A DNA stretch of 64,000 nucleotides from Candidatus Shapirobacteria bacterium (GTDB taxonomy: Bacteria; Patescibacteriota; Microgenomatia; 0-14-0-10-38-17), in contig JAQVIV010000001.1 of the NCBI GenBank assembly GCA_028695445.1, positions 6,028-70,027 on the forward strand, given 5' to 3'. Shown here in pieces: positions 46,740 to 56,052 of the stretch. The position numbers were made by a program, and so were the translations under genes. The notes beneath the pieces are model-generated. The model saw only the letters and a program-made list of their open reading frames with translations, did not search any database and had not been told where the DNA came from. Positions within the stretch are counted from its first letter, which is position 1. Every line of letters starts with the position of its first letter.

Positions 46740-48836
46740 ATGGATAAACGCTACCAACCCGAAAAAACTGAAAAAGAGATTAGCGCTCTTTGGGAAAAGA
46801 GTGATTGCTTTACTCCTAAAGTTGATCCCAAAAAAGAGCCTTTTGTTATTACCCTGCCTCCCCCCAATGTTACCGGCGGCCTTCACGCCGGCCATGCTAT
46901 GTACACAATTGAGGATATTATGGCCCGCTTTAATCGAATGAAAGGAATACCAACCCTGTTTCTGCCCGGTTTTGACCATGCCTCAATTGCAGTAGAATAT
47001 TTAGTTAGTAAACAGATTAGAAAAAAAGGAAAGACAAAGTTTGATCTTGGCAAAGAAGAATTCCTAAAACAGGCCCACCAATTTGCCGATCAGTCTCGGG
47101 ATTACATAAAAAAACAGTTAAAACTGTTAGGCTTTTCTTTAGACTGGTCGCGAGAGGCCTACACCATGAGCCAGGATTACTCTGAAGCAGTCAAGACTGC
47201 TTTTAATCACCTAAAAGAAAGGGGGCTGATTTATCAGGGGGAAACTATTGTCAATTGGTGCCCCGATTGTCAAACGGTTCTTTCCGATCTAGAAAATGAA
47301 CATCTTGAAAAAAGAGGTCAACTTTATTACCTTAAATACGGCCCCGTTACCATCGCTACCACCCGACCAGAAACCATGTTTGCCGATGTGGCGGTGGCCG
47401 TTCATCCTGATAACAAGCAATATAAATCCCTGATTGGCCAAAAAATTCCCCTTCCTTTAACAAAACGAAAGATTCCGATTATTACTGATGAGACAGTTGA
47501 CCCGGAATTTGGCACCGGGGCCTTAAAAATTACCCCCGCCCATGACGAGTTAGATTTTCAAATCGGCAAGCGCCACCACCTCAAAACCCTAATTGCCATC
47601 GACAAAGAGGGCAGACTAACTAAAATCACCGGTCCCTTCCAGGGCTTGACTGCTCAAGAAGCCAGAAAGAGGGTGATCGAAAAGCTAGAGAAACAAGGCC
47701 TGTTGGTTAAAACCGAAACCATCACCCACTCGGTTGGCCATTGCCAGCGTTGCGGAACAACAACCGAACCGCAAATTTCCCTTCAGTGGTTTGTCAGGAC
47801 CAAGCCTTTGGCCAAAAGGGCTATTCAAGCGGTTAAAAAAGGCCAGATTAAAATCGTTCCCGATCATTTTGCTAAAATTTATTTTCATTGGCTAGGAAAT
47901 ATTCATGATTGGTGTATTTCCCGACAGCTCTGGTGGGGCCACCCAATTCCGGTTAAGGGGGAATCGGCCATTTTAGACACTTGGTTTTCTTCTTCTCTTT
48001 GGCCAATGGCTACCTTGGGCTGGCCAAAAAAAACAGCTGATTTTGCCTACTTTTATCCCAATACTATTCGAGAAACCGGTTACGACATCATCTTCTTTTG
48101 GGTCGCCCGAGAAATTATGATGTGTCTGGAATTAACAGGTAAGATCCCTTTCAAAACCGTTTATCTTCACGGTTTGGTCCGCGATGAAAAAGGCCGTAAA
48201 TTTTCCAAAACCAAAGGCATTGGTTTTGATCCGGTAGAAACCATTGCTAAAAACGGGGCCGACGCCCTAAGAATGGCCTTGGTTTTAGGCAATGCTCCCG
48301 GAGCCGACGTCTCCCTGCCGGAAGAAAAAGTAATCAGCATGCGCAATTTTACCAACAAAATTTGGAATGCCACCCGATTCATTATAATGAACCAGAACAA
48401 TTTTAATTTAAAGATTAAAAGTCCGAAGTTAAATTTGCCTTCTTTTGGTAAAAATAATGAGGATGATCAAAAAATTTTAAAATCACTGGAAAAAACTATT
48501 GACAGCGTTACCAACCATATTGATAACTATCGTTTTGGCCAAGCCGCCGAAGATATTTACGGCTTTTTCTGGCATAAATTTTGTGATATTTATATTGAAC
48601 AAACCAAAGACCGGCTTTATGATCAAGATAATCCTGGTGGCCAGCAAGAAGCTCTATTAGTATTGCTCTTCGTCTTAAAAAAAAGCCTAAAACTACTTCA
48701 TCCTTTTATGCCCTTTGTCACCGAGGAGATTTGGACTAATCAGCTAGGAGAAAAAACCCCTTTAGCAATTTCACCCTGGCCGAAAATAACAGTTAAAAAT
48801 TCAAAGTCAAAAATTAAAAATCCTAATAGAAATTAG
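46740..48836 (+). CDS. valS: Valine--tRNA ligase (compact)
   Basis: PPPNVTG.LHAGH, TTRPET, GTGALKITPAHD, DWCISRQLWWGH, KFSKT. Confidence 0.96.
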   Translation: MDKRYQPEKTEKEISALWEKSDCFTPKVDPKKEPFVITLPPPNVTGGLHAGHAMYTIEDIMARFNRMKGIPTLFLPGFDHASIAVEYLVSKQIRKKGKTKFDLGKEEFLKQAHQFADQSRDYIKKQLKLLGFSLDWSREAYTMSQDYSEAVKTAFNHLKERGLIYQGETIVNWCPDCQTVLSDLENEHLEKRGQLYYLKYGPVTIATTRPETMFADVAVAVHPDNKQYKSLIGQKIPLPLTKRKIPIITDETVDPEFGTGALKITPAHDELDFQIGKRHHLKTLIAIDKEGRLTKITGPFQGLTAQEARKRVIEKLEKQGLLVKTETITHSVGHCQRCGTTTEPQISLQWFVRTKPLAKRAIQAVKKGQIKIVPDHFAKIYFHWLGNIHDWCISRQLWWGHPIPVKGESAILDTWFSSSLWPMATLGWPKKTADFAYFYPNTIRETGYDIIFFWVAREIMMCLELTGKIPFKTVYLHGLVRDEKGRKFSKTKGIGFDPVETIAKNGADALRMALVLGNAPGADVSLPEEKVISMRNFTNKIWNATRFIIMNQNNFNLKIKSPKLNLPSFGKNNEDDQKILKSLEKTIDSVTNHIDNYRFGQAAEDIYGFFWHKFCDIYIEQTKDRLYDQDNPGGQQEALLVLLFVLKKSLKLLHPFMPFVTEEIWTNQLGEKTPLAISPWPKITVKNSKSKIKNPNRN

Positions 48837-48978
48837 AAATTAAAAACAAATTGCTAAATTGCTACATTGTCTAATTGCTTTTTTAGGCTTGTTTTTAATA
48901 GCAAAAACATCGCCAACAATTTAACAATTCAGCAGTGTAACAATGTTCTTTTCATTAAAAATTAGAAATTAGAAATTT
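48789..48978. repeat. Nested heptamer and octamer arrays overlapping the valS 3' end
   Basis: aattaga arrays on both sides of inverted octamer arms (ttgctaaa-type / ttaacaat-type). Confidence 0.7.
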
Positions 48979-49001
48979 TTAAGGAAAGGGGGGTGAGGAA
49001 A

Positions 49002-49262
49002 ATGAAAAAGGTCAAAATTCAAAAAAAAGATGGCCGCATCGAAGATTTTGATAAGGAGAAATTAGAAAGAAGCGTTTTTTCTGCCGGAGCCACTAAGGGT
49101 CAATCCCAACTAGTTACTCAAGAGGTAGAAGAGTGGCTTTACAACGTTGCCCTAGAAGAAATCGTTAACACTCAGGAAATTCGTAATAAGATCATTGGCT
49201 CTCTAACAGAAAAAAACCCCAGGGCGGCTAAGAGCTACCAAGAGTACCAAAAAAAAGGTTAA
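49002..49262 (+). CDS. Stand-alone ATP-cone domain protein
   Basis: IQKKDGRIEDFDKEKLERSV, V.T.EIR..I...L, A.SY; strong SD upstream. Confidence 0.85.
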   Translation: MKKVKIQKKDGRIEDFDKEKLERSVFSAGATKGQSQLVTQEVEEWLYNVALEEIVNTQEIRNKIIGSLTEKNPRAAKSYQEYQKKG

Positions 49263-49323
49263 ACCGGTTTTCCGTTCTCAAAAAATAGTTGCCTAAAATC
49301 CTTAAGTATTAGGTAATATTGTT

Positions 49324-50034
49324 TTGTTTCTTATTGGGCGAATATTAAAGTCAAAACTTATGATTAAGGTAAACGTTTTCTCTCAAATTATTGTTACTAT
49401 TGAAGAAAAAAAGAAAACTCTCCAGCAATTGTTTTGCCAAAAACAAAAACAACTCCAAATTAAAATTGGTTGTTGGGTTTCTTCGGGAAAACAAGGTTTC
49501 AAAAAGCTTAGAAAATTACCGCAAAATTACCGCAATATCGCCGCAAAGATTGTTGATCCGGTAATGCTGGTAATTTTTACGACTGCATTCACCATCAGCC
49601 TCATCCTCCCCACCAATCAAGCCGAAAAAATAAGGCAGGTCTTTTTGGCTTCTCCTAAAAACTTCAACAACCAAATGAACATTGTCCAGGTTCTTATTGC
49701 CAATGGCTATTTAAAAACCGCTAAAAAGGAACTGGATAAAATTGGCAATCCGGAGTTCTTGACTAAAGAAGAAAAAGAAGTTTGGCAGAAAAATTACCTA
49801 ACTTGGGGTCTGCACTCGCCGGAAGGCCAAGACAGATTAATTGACAACTGGGAAAAATTTTTAGAAAAATTTTCTAATTACAAAATCGGCTGGGTCTATT
49901 TGGGCTATTTCCAATCGTTGCGAAACAAAGAGCAAGAAGCCCAAGAATCTTTCCATAAAGCTGAAAAAATCGACCCAGGATTAGAAGAAGAGATAAAAAA
50001 AATTACCAATTTTCAAATTCCAATTAACCAATAA
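49324..50034 (+). CDS. TM-anchored TPR-like hypothetical protein
   Basis: Central TM; C-terminal W.YLG......A...F.KA..IDP; start uncertain. Confidence 0.6.
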   Translation: MFLIGRILKSKLMIKVNVFSQIIVTIEEKKKTLQQLFCQKQKQLQIKIGCWVSSGKQGFKKLRKLPQNYRNIAAKIVDPVMLVIFTTAFTISLILPTNQAEKIRQVFLASPKNFNNQMNIVQVLIANGYLKTAKKELDKIGNPEFLTKEEKEVWQKNYLTWGLHSPEGQDRLIDNWEKFLEKFSNYKIGWVYLGYFQSLRNKEQEAQESFHKAEKIDPGLEEEIKKITNFQIPINQ

Positions 50035-50102
50035 AACTTTTAACGTCAATTCACCCAAAACATTTCAGTTATTTCAATAAATCCAATTCCTAAAATAGAT
50101 AC

Positions 50103-50200
50103 CCACGGGCAAAGCCCGTGGTCCTCGCGTTTCGCCCCGTTCACTCGCCTACGGCGAGTGAGCTATTAATATCGGTTTCATCCACGGCCTACGGCCGTGG
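50103..50200. mobile_element. Three-hairpin non-autonomous element (IS200/IS605-end or REP-like)
   Basis: CCACGGGC-aaa-GCCCGTGG, TCACTCGCC-tac-GGCGAGTGA, CCACGGCC-tac-GGCCGTGG. Confidence 0.55.
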
Positions 50201-50361
50201 TTTTCACCTATCTTGAAATAAAGCACCTTCTTTACCCCAACAAATTCTAATTATTTTTCTAAAGGTCTGAGGCTGTTTCACGCTAGGGGTCCGGGTTTAT
50301 GGCAAAGTCTGAGCGTCCGATGAACGGGTTGGGAACTGGGTTAATTGAAAATTGGAAATTT

Positions 50362-51063
50362 TTATTTGTCTTCTTTTGAAGCGGCTTCCTTTGGTTTTGT
50401 TTCGGACTGACCTTCTTTGGATTGTTCTTCTTGGCCCTCTTCTTCCTTACCCTCCTTACCAATAACCTCCGGTTCTTCAGCCAGAGCCGGTTTTTCCTCC
50501 TCCTCGGCTGGAGCTTCAAGTTTGGCTACAACTTCTTCTTTATCTGCCATGATAACGACTCCATCATTGACCTTAAGATCGGCCACCCTAATAACATCAC
50601 TTATTTCTTTTAATGAAGAGACATCGGCCTCTAGATGATCAGGTAATTCTTCCGGCAGAGCCTCAACCTCAATTTCTAATAAAGGCTGAATCAGAATTCC
50701 TTCCCCACTTTCGGCCCCTGGAGCCTCGCCAACCAACTCAATTGGCACTGAAACTTGAGTTTTTTTGGCCAAATCAACCTGGCGGAAATCAACATGAAGA
50801 ATTTTATCGGTCACCGGGTCAACTTGGATATCGCCAACCAAAACCGGATGAGAGGTTTTAGTCTTGCCAATGACCAAATCAATCAAACCGCTTTCGCCAG
50901 TTTTTTCAAAAACGGATAAAAAATCTTGGTAACCAAGCTGAAGAGCCTGTGATTTAATAGCTTGACCGTAGAGGTTGACCGGCAATAAACCTTCACGGCG
51001 CAAATTTTTAACCTTGCGGCCAGTAACCGTTCTTTTATCAACGACTAATTTTGGTCTTGCCAT
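50362..51063 (-). CDS. rplY: 50S ribosomal protein L25 (CTC-type)
   Basis: LRREGLLP.NLYG, HVDF, VP..LVGE, EALP..LP, acidic tail. Confidence 0.95.
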   Translation of the reverse strand: MARPKLVVDKRTVTGRKVKNLRREGLLPVNLYGQAIKSQALQLGYQDFLSVFEKTGESGLIDLVIGKTKTSHPVLVGDIQVDPVTDKILHVDFRQVDLAKKTQVSVPIELVGEAPGAESGEGILIQPLLEIEVEALPEELPDHLEADVSSLKEISDVIRVADLKVNDGVVIMADKEEVVAKLEAPAEEEEKPALAEEPEVIGKEGKEEEGQEEQSKEGQSETKPKEAASKEDK

Positions 51064-51111
51064 AACGAAAGTATTTTAACTAAAAAGGTTAAAGAAAGCA
51101 AATACTAATAA

Positions 51112-51221
51112 AATTTTTAATTCTCAATTCCCAATTTCTATTCAATTTTTAATTATCTAAATTTTTAGAACATTAAATCATTAGAAATTCAATAAGAATT
51201 AAGAATTAGAAATTTAAAATT
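51112..51221. repeat. ~110-bp AATTAGA-repeat element, copy B (inverted relative to copy A)
   Basis: Aligns end to end with the reverse complement of 41444-41553. Confidence 0.85.
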
Positions 51222-51240
51222 CCTTGTCTTTTAGACAAGG

Positions 51241-54183
51241 TCAGGGTTCTCCCCACTCAAACTCAAACAGGCGATCCTGGTTTAAAACGTTGCGGTAGGT
51301 AATCGCCCCTGAGGCAATATCTGTTTCCGGAGAAACTATTAAAGGCAACCAATTGGCCGGATAAGAAACTAGAGTTACATCCTCATCCCAAACTGATCCC
51401 GCCTGTTTTTGAATCAAAAAAATCAGTCTTTTACGACCTTTGCTAAACTGATTCTTAATCTGATAATTGATTTCTAAAGTAACTTGAGAGTTAATTGGAA
51501 CCTCAATTAAATAGCTCCAGACCGTTTTCCCCATTTCCTGATTAACAGCCAAATTAATTGCTTGTCTTTGGCCGGCATTATTTTCTAAAAAGGCTTCTTG
51601 CAAAATCGCCGAACCAGGTACATAAAGACGCCAGTAATTCTTATAGGTTCCGGCGGGCCAGCTTTGGGTTTGGGCAGTATTTTGCCAAGTCAATCTCAGA
51701 GAATGATTAACCTGGGTATCGCTTACCCCCAGTCGCTGAATCAGTCTTTTTTTAACAAAAAAATTGGCTTTATTAGCACCAATATTGGTATCAATCGCCC
51801 AAAGATAAGAGGATAAACAACTTTCCTTTTGGCAAACTGCCTCTTTAATGCCACCATCAAAACCTAGGGCCATCACTTGCCCTTCTAGTTTGGGATCAGT
51901 AAAGTACATCATTATTTCTCCTTCCAGAAAAGACTGCTGAAAAGCCGTTAATAGCGAAACCGGCAGATTATTTTCCCGTTTTAAAACCGCTAAAATCTCA
52001 AAAACCAGGCTCCCCAAGAAATCCTTCTTCTGAGTTGAACCGGGGAAAAAACCAACTTCAGAATGATATTCGGCTCGTTCAAACAAATTTTGAGCCGTAA
52101 TTTTTTCCTGATAATCGGGTAAATAAATTTCGCCCAAAGCTGATAAAATTTCTTGGGCTACCCGAAGATTAATTGCCACCACGGCATCGGCATCTTGATC
52201 TAATTGTTTTTGCCAAAACCACAACACCTGACGAGCCGTAGTAGGAAAATCCGGCGACCAATTAGAGTCTCTCAAATACCAGGTTTCCTCACCTAAATAT
52301 TCCTTCAGGTCTTGAGGGGGATCAACCTGGCCTTTTAACTGACCATCGGCTTCGTAAACATCTTTGACAGTAAAATCAACTAATCGACCGGAAGAAAAGT
52401 TCATCAGAGCCAAAGAACCAATAAAACCACCGGTAGGGCGCAATTCCATATTATTTTGTAAGAGCAAAATTATCTTTTGCTCATCGTGGCTTAAAAAATT
52501 AGCCAAAAAAGGTAGAGAATCTAGTGTTAGTTTGGTTGCCTCGACAATTGCTGGTAATTGACTTAGGGCTTGTTTAGCAAAACTACCCGACAGGCTTTTA
52601 CCAGTAGCAGAAACATTAGTCAGTTTAAAATAGGCTCTTTGAGCGGTTTGCTCACTAGTCTCAATTAAGCTAGAAAAATTTGCCTCTTTCTCCGCTTCTG
52701 GGTTAATAACAGCGCCAAAAACCCGATTTAGTTGATAAGCAGAATCAGAAAAATAACTCAAAGCTTCAGCCGCCTCCTGACCCAAGACAGCCATTTTGAC
52801 AATTTCAGAAAGGTTATTATGACCCACCAGGGGCAGCAATATAGGAGTTAACTTTTCTATTGTGTTCTTGGCCAAATAAAAATGACTCTGGGCACTTTCC
52901 GCCTGTTTCCGACAAAAAGATAGCTGGCCGGACAAGCAGGATTCTTGACTTTTATTAAGGTTAATAAACGCCCAAGCCAAATCCTTAACCAAAAAAAGAA
53001 ACGGTGATAAGAAAAAAAACAAAACCAGCAAAATTAAACCAAACCGGTGCTTATTTTTACTAACCAGCTGGGGTTTTTTCGGAGAAGATTGAGATGGCAA
53101 GTTGGTTTGGGGCAAACGGCTATCCTGAAGCAACCGACTAATATTAATTTTGTGAATCAGCAGTTCACGATCTTCCTTTGGCTGATCTTGGGGAGATCGT
53201 GACAACCATAAACCCTCATTTGGGGTTTTTAAATTTCTCTTACTATCGTCTTTGGATTTTCCCAAAGAGGGGGCGACAAAAGAAGCCTTTTCCAAGTCAG
53301 AAATCTGTTCATCGGGCGTTAGTTTGTCAGGTTTATCAGCCGGTTTAATTGTAGTCTCATCAGAAACTACCCCAGCACTAGATAATAAGCGGCTAACATC
53401 GGGGCGATTCAGCCAATTCATTGTTATTTCAACTGCCTCAGAAGAAGAAAAATTCACCTTCCAACCCAGTTCTTTTCCAGATAATTCAATTTCCCTTTGG
53501 TAGTTAATCGTTGGCGAATTTTTCTGTTCATCAAATTCAATCTTGACTTGTCCGACCTGGTCAGACCATAATTTAGCAAAAGAAAAGAGGGTAATTTCCT
53601 CACCGGCAAAATAAAAAACCCGACCCTCTGATTGAGGCATAAACAGGGCCGAAGTCAAACCAGTGGTCAAATCTTTAACAAACAAGGGATAAACTAAACT
53701 GGAACCATCACCAGCCAACCTTATTCGCCGACGGAAAAAAACATCGCTTATTAATTTGGCCGTCCAAGAATCGGAGTCTAAATTCATCCGCGGACCAAAA
53801 ACGCCATCGGCACAAACAAAACGACAATTAACACCCAACTCTTGAGCCTTATCAAAAACCATATCACTAAATTTCGATCCCAAAAACAACCAGCGGGCGT
53901 TTTGAAGCTGATTATTATCCAAATAATCAAACCATTTGGCGTCTAAGCAAAAAACATAATCCACTTCGCCGAAGTTGTCGGGAAGCTTTTCCACCATCTC
54001 AAAATTACGGTTGCCAACAAGATGAGCAATGTTATTCTCTTTTAGAGGGCTTGGTTGATCAAAACAAACCACTCGACAATCTTGGGCCAAGAGCGAATCG
54101 GCTAAATACGAGCCAACAGCGCCGGCGCCAGCCAAAATTACCGCTAAAGGGTTGTTAGGAGTTTGGGAAGATAACAGGCTCAT
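51241..54183 (-). CDS. NAD-epimerase-like domain + TM + DUF4012 domain fusion
   Basis: AGAGAVGSYL and VFGPRM at the N-terminus; LLQNNMELRPTGGFIGS, LRDSNWSPDFP, N.GANKAN. Confidence 0.8.
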   Translation of the reverse strand: MSLLSSQTPNNPLAVILAGAGAVGSYLADSLLAQDCRVVCFDQPSPLKENNIAHLVGNRNFEMVEKLPDNFGEVDYVFCLDAKWFDYLDNNQLQNARWLFLGSKFSDMVFDKAQELGVNCRFVCADGVFGPRMNLDSDSWTAKLISDVFFRRRIRLAGDGSSLVYPLFVKDLTTGLTSALFMPQSEGRVFYFAGEEITLFSFAKLWSDQVGQVKIEFDEQKNSPTINYQREIELSGKELGWKVNFSSSEAVEITMNWLNRPDVSRLLSSAGVVSDETTIKPADKPDKLTPDEQISDLEKASFVAPSLGKSKDDSKRNLKTPNEGLWLSRSPQDQPKEDRELLIHKINISRLLQDSRLPQTNLPSQSSPKKPQLVSKNKHRFGLILLVLFFFLSPFLFLVKDLAWAFINLNKSQESCLSGQLSFCRKQAESAQSHFYLAKNTIEKLTPILLPLVGHNNLSEIVKMAVLGQEAAEALSYFSDSAYQLNRVFGAVINPEAEKEANFSSLIETSEQTAQRAYFKLTNVSATGKSLSGSFAKQALSQLPAIVEATKLTLDSLPFLANFLSHDEQKIILLLQNNMELRPTGGFIGSLALMNFSSGRLVDFTVKDVYEADGQLKGQVDPPQDLKEYLGEETWYLRDSNWSPDFPTTARQVLWFWQKQLDQDADAVVAINLRVAQEILSALGEIYLPDYQEKITAQNLFERAEYHSEVGFFPGSTQKKDFLGSLVFEILAVLKRENNLPVSLLTAFQQSFLEGEIMMYFTDPKLEGQVMALGFDGGIKEAVCQKESCLSSYLWAIDTNIGANKANFFVKKRLIQRLGVSDTQVNHSLRLTWQNTAQTQSWPAGTYKNYWRLYVPGSAILQEAFLENNAGQRQAINLAVNQEMGKTVWSYLIEVPINSQVTLEINYQIKNQFSKGRKRLIFLIQKQAGSVWDEDVTLVSYPANWLPLIVSPETDIASGAITYRNVLNQDRLFEFEWGEP

Positions 54184-54354
54184 TAACCTTAATGATAACA
54201 GAAAAGGATAGTCTTTTTAATTTTCAATTAACCCAATTGATCCAAAAATGACCAATTTTCAAATATTGATCTTGTCAGGGTCAATCCAGGGTAACCAACG
54301 ATTCGGTAACTGAATCTAGCCATCACTATAAGGCAATTTAATCTTTGGTGTAAA

Positions 54355-55626
54355 ATGAAATCCATGAATAAGGAAACCGCTTCTTTGGCTAAAAACACCC
54401 TCTGGCAAGCCCTAGGACGAATAGTGATGTTGGCTTGCTCTTTGGCAACTGCTCATTTCCTGACTAGGTTTTTAGGCGTTGAGGCTTGGGGAAACTACAT
54501 TTTTATCACCACTGTTGTTTTAATGGTCTTTAACTTGGCCGACTTTGGCACTGGCACAATCACCGTTAAAAAGCTGGCCGGTAATCAAGTTAACTCCAAA
54601 GAAAAAAGGACTATTCTCAACCAGGCCTTGACTCTAAAGATAATCTTCTCGCTAATCACCCTGCTTCTTCTGGTCGGGCCGGTATTAACCCTAAATCAAT
54701 TCGAAAACATCAGGATTATAACTTTGTTGTCTAGTTTAGTAGTCATTTTTTTAAGCCTAAGAACCCTGGCCGAAGCCTTTTTTATGGCCAACCTTGATTT
54801 TATCGCCAAAACAATTTTCGAAACCGGCGCCTCATTAATATCGGTTTTGGGCATCGCCTTAATAATCTTGGTCAGCCAGCAAATAAGTCTATCTCAGGCT
54901 TTACTTATTTGGCTGTTGTCGGCAGCCATCAGCGCCGTATCAGCAATAATTTGCCTAAAAAAGAGGACAGCCTTTTCTTTTAAACCGGTCAGGGACGGAC
55001 TAAAAAGTTTTTTAAAACAATCGGCACCAGTGGGAGTCAGACAGCTAGTCTTTGCCCTTTATGATGCCGGCATTGATAGTTTTTTCTTAAAAACCATAAT
55101 TGGCTCAAATGCTGTGGGTCTTTACGGCCTGTCTTACAAAATCTATACCAATCTTATACTGGGAGCGGCTTTTTTCATGAACAGTCTCTTCCCGATTATC
55201 GTCAAAAAACCTTCTCGTCATTTACCAAATACCCTAAAACAAGGAGGGCTATTTTTGCTAGGTTTCGGAGTTGTTATTAGTTTAACCATGGTTATTTTAG
55301 CGCCAGTTATTATTAATCTAATTGGCGGCGAAGCTTTTGGTCCGGCGATTGAAGTTTTGCGGATATTATCGCTGGCGCTAATTTTTGGCTATTTAAATCA
55401 TTTAACCGGCTACACGATGATTGCTTTGGGAGCTCAAAAACAACTTCTTCATTTGTCTTTGCTGGCTCTGGCGATCAATTTGGCCGGCAACTGGTTGTTT
55501 ATTCCCAAGTTTGGTATTAGTGGTGCCGCCTGGGTAACTGTCGCCACTGAAGGATCAATTCTGATAACCACTGGTGTTTTTTTAATCAAAAGGCTAAAAT
55601 CAAACCCTGGCAAACAAATAACATGA
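54355..55626 (+). CDS. Wzx/MOP polysaccharide flippase
   Basis: AKNTLW, RFLG...WG.Y, DFG, VGLY, LFIPKFGI.GAAW; start probably 54364. Confidence 0.88.
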   Translation: MKSMNKETASLAKNTLWQALGRIVMLACSLATAHFLTRFLGVEAWGNYIFITTVVLMVFNLADFGTGTITVKKLAGNQVNSKEKRTILNQALTLKIIFSLITLLLLVGPVLTLNQFENIRIITLLSSLVVIFLSLRTLAEAFFMANLDFIAKTIFETGASLISVLGIALIILVSQQISLSQALLIWLLSAAISAVSAIICLKKRTAFSFKPVRDGLKSFLKQSAPVGVRQLVFALYDAGIDSFFLKTIIGSNAVGLYGLSYKIYTNLILGAAFFMNSLFPIIVKKPSRHLPNTLKQGGLFLLGFGVVISLTMVILAPVIINLIGGEAFGPAIEVLRILSLALIFGYLNHLTGYTMIALGAQKQLLHLSLLALAINLAGNWLFIPKFGISGAAWVTVATEGSILITTGVFLIKRLKSNPGKQIT

Positions 55627-56045
55627 AAATTCTAAATATTTTTACTGATGGCGGAGCCCGTGGTAATCCCGGACCGGCGGGAATCGGCGTGGTTGTTAAA
55701 GATGGCAAAAAAACTATTTTTTCCTGCTCAACCTACCTTGGTCAAACCACCAATAATGAAGCCGAGTACCACGCCCTAAAAAGAGCTTTTGAATGGCTAA
55801 ATAAAAACCAGACTTTAGTTAAAAGCTTTGACCAGATTAATTGCTACCTTGACTCATTGCTGGTTGTTTCCCAAATGTCCGGCCGCTACAAGGTTAAGGC
55901 CGCCAACCTCATGGGCTTTATAACCAAAATCAAAAACACTGAAAAAATTTTACCTGTTAAAGTTGTCTATCATCATATTGGCCGAAACAAAAACCAAGAA
56001 GCCGACGCTTTAGTTAACCAAGCCCTAGATAGAGCCGCCGAATAG
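55623..56045 (+). CDS. rnhA: Ribonuclease HI
   Basis: TDGGARGNPG, TNNEAEY, DSLLVV.Q, N.EAD.L. Confidence 0.9.
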   Translation: MKILNIFTDGGARGNPGPAGIGVVVKDGKKTIFSCSTYLGQTTNNEAEYHALKRAFEWLNKNQTLVKSFDQINCYLDSLLVVSQMSGRYKVKAANLMGFITKIKNTEKILPVKVVYHHIGRNKNQEADALVNQALDRAAE

Positions 56046-56052
56046 AAATTAT

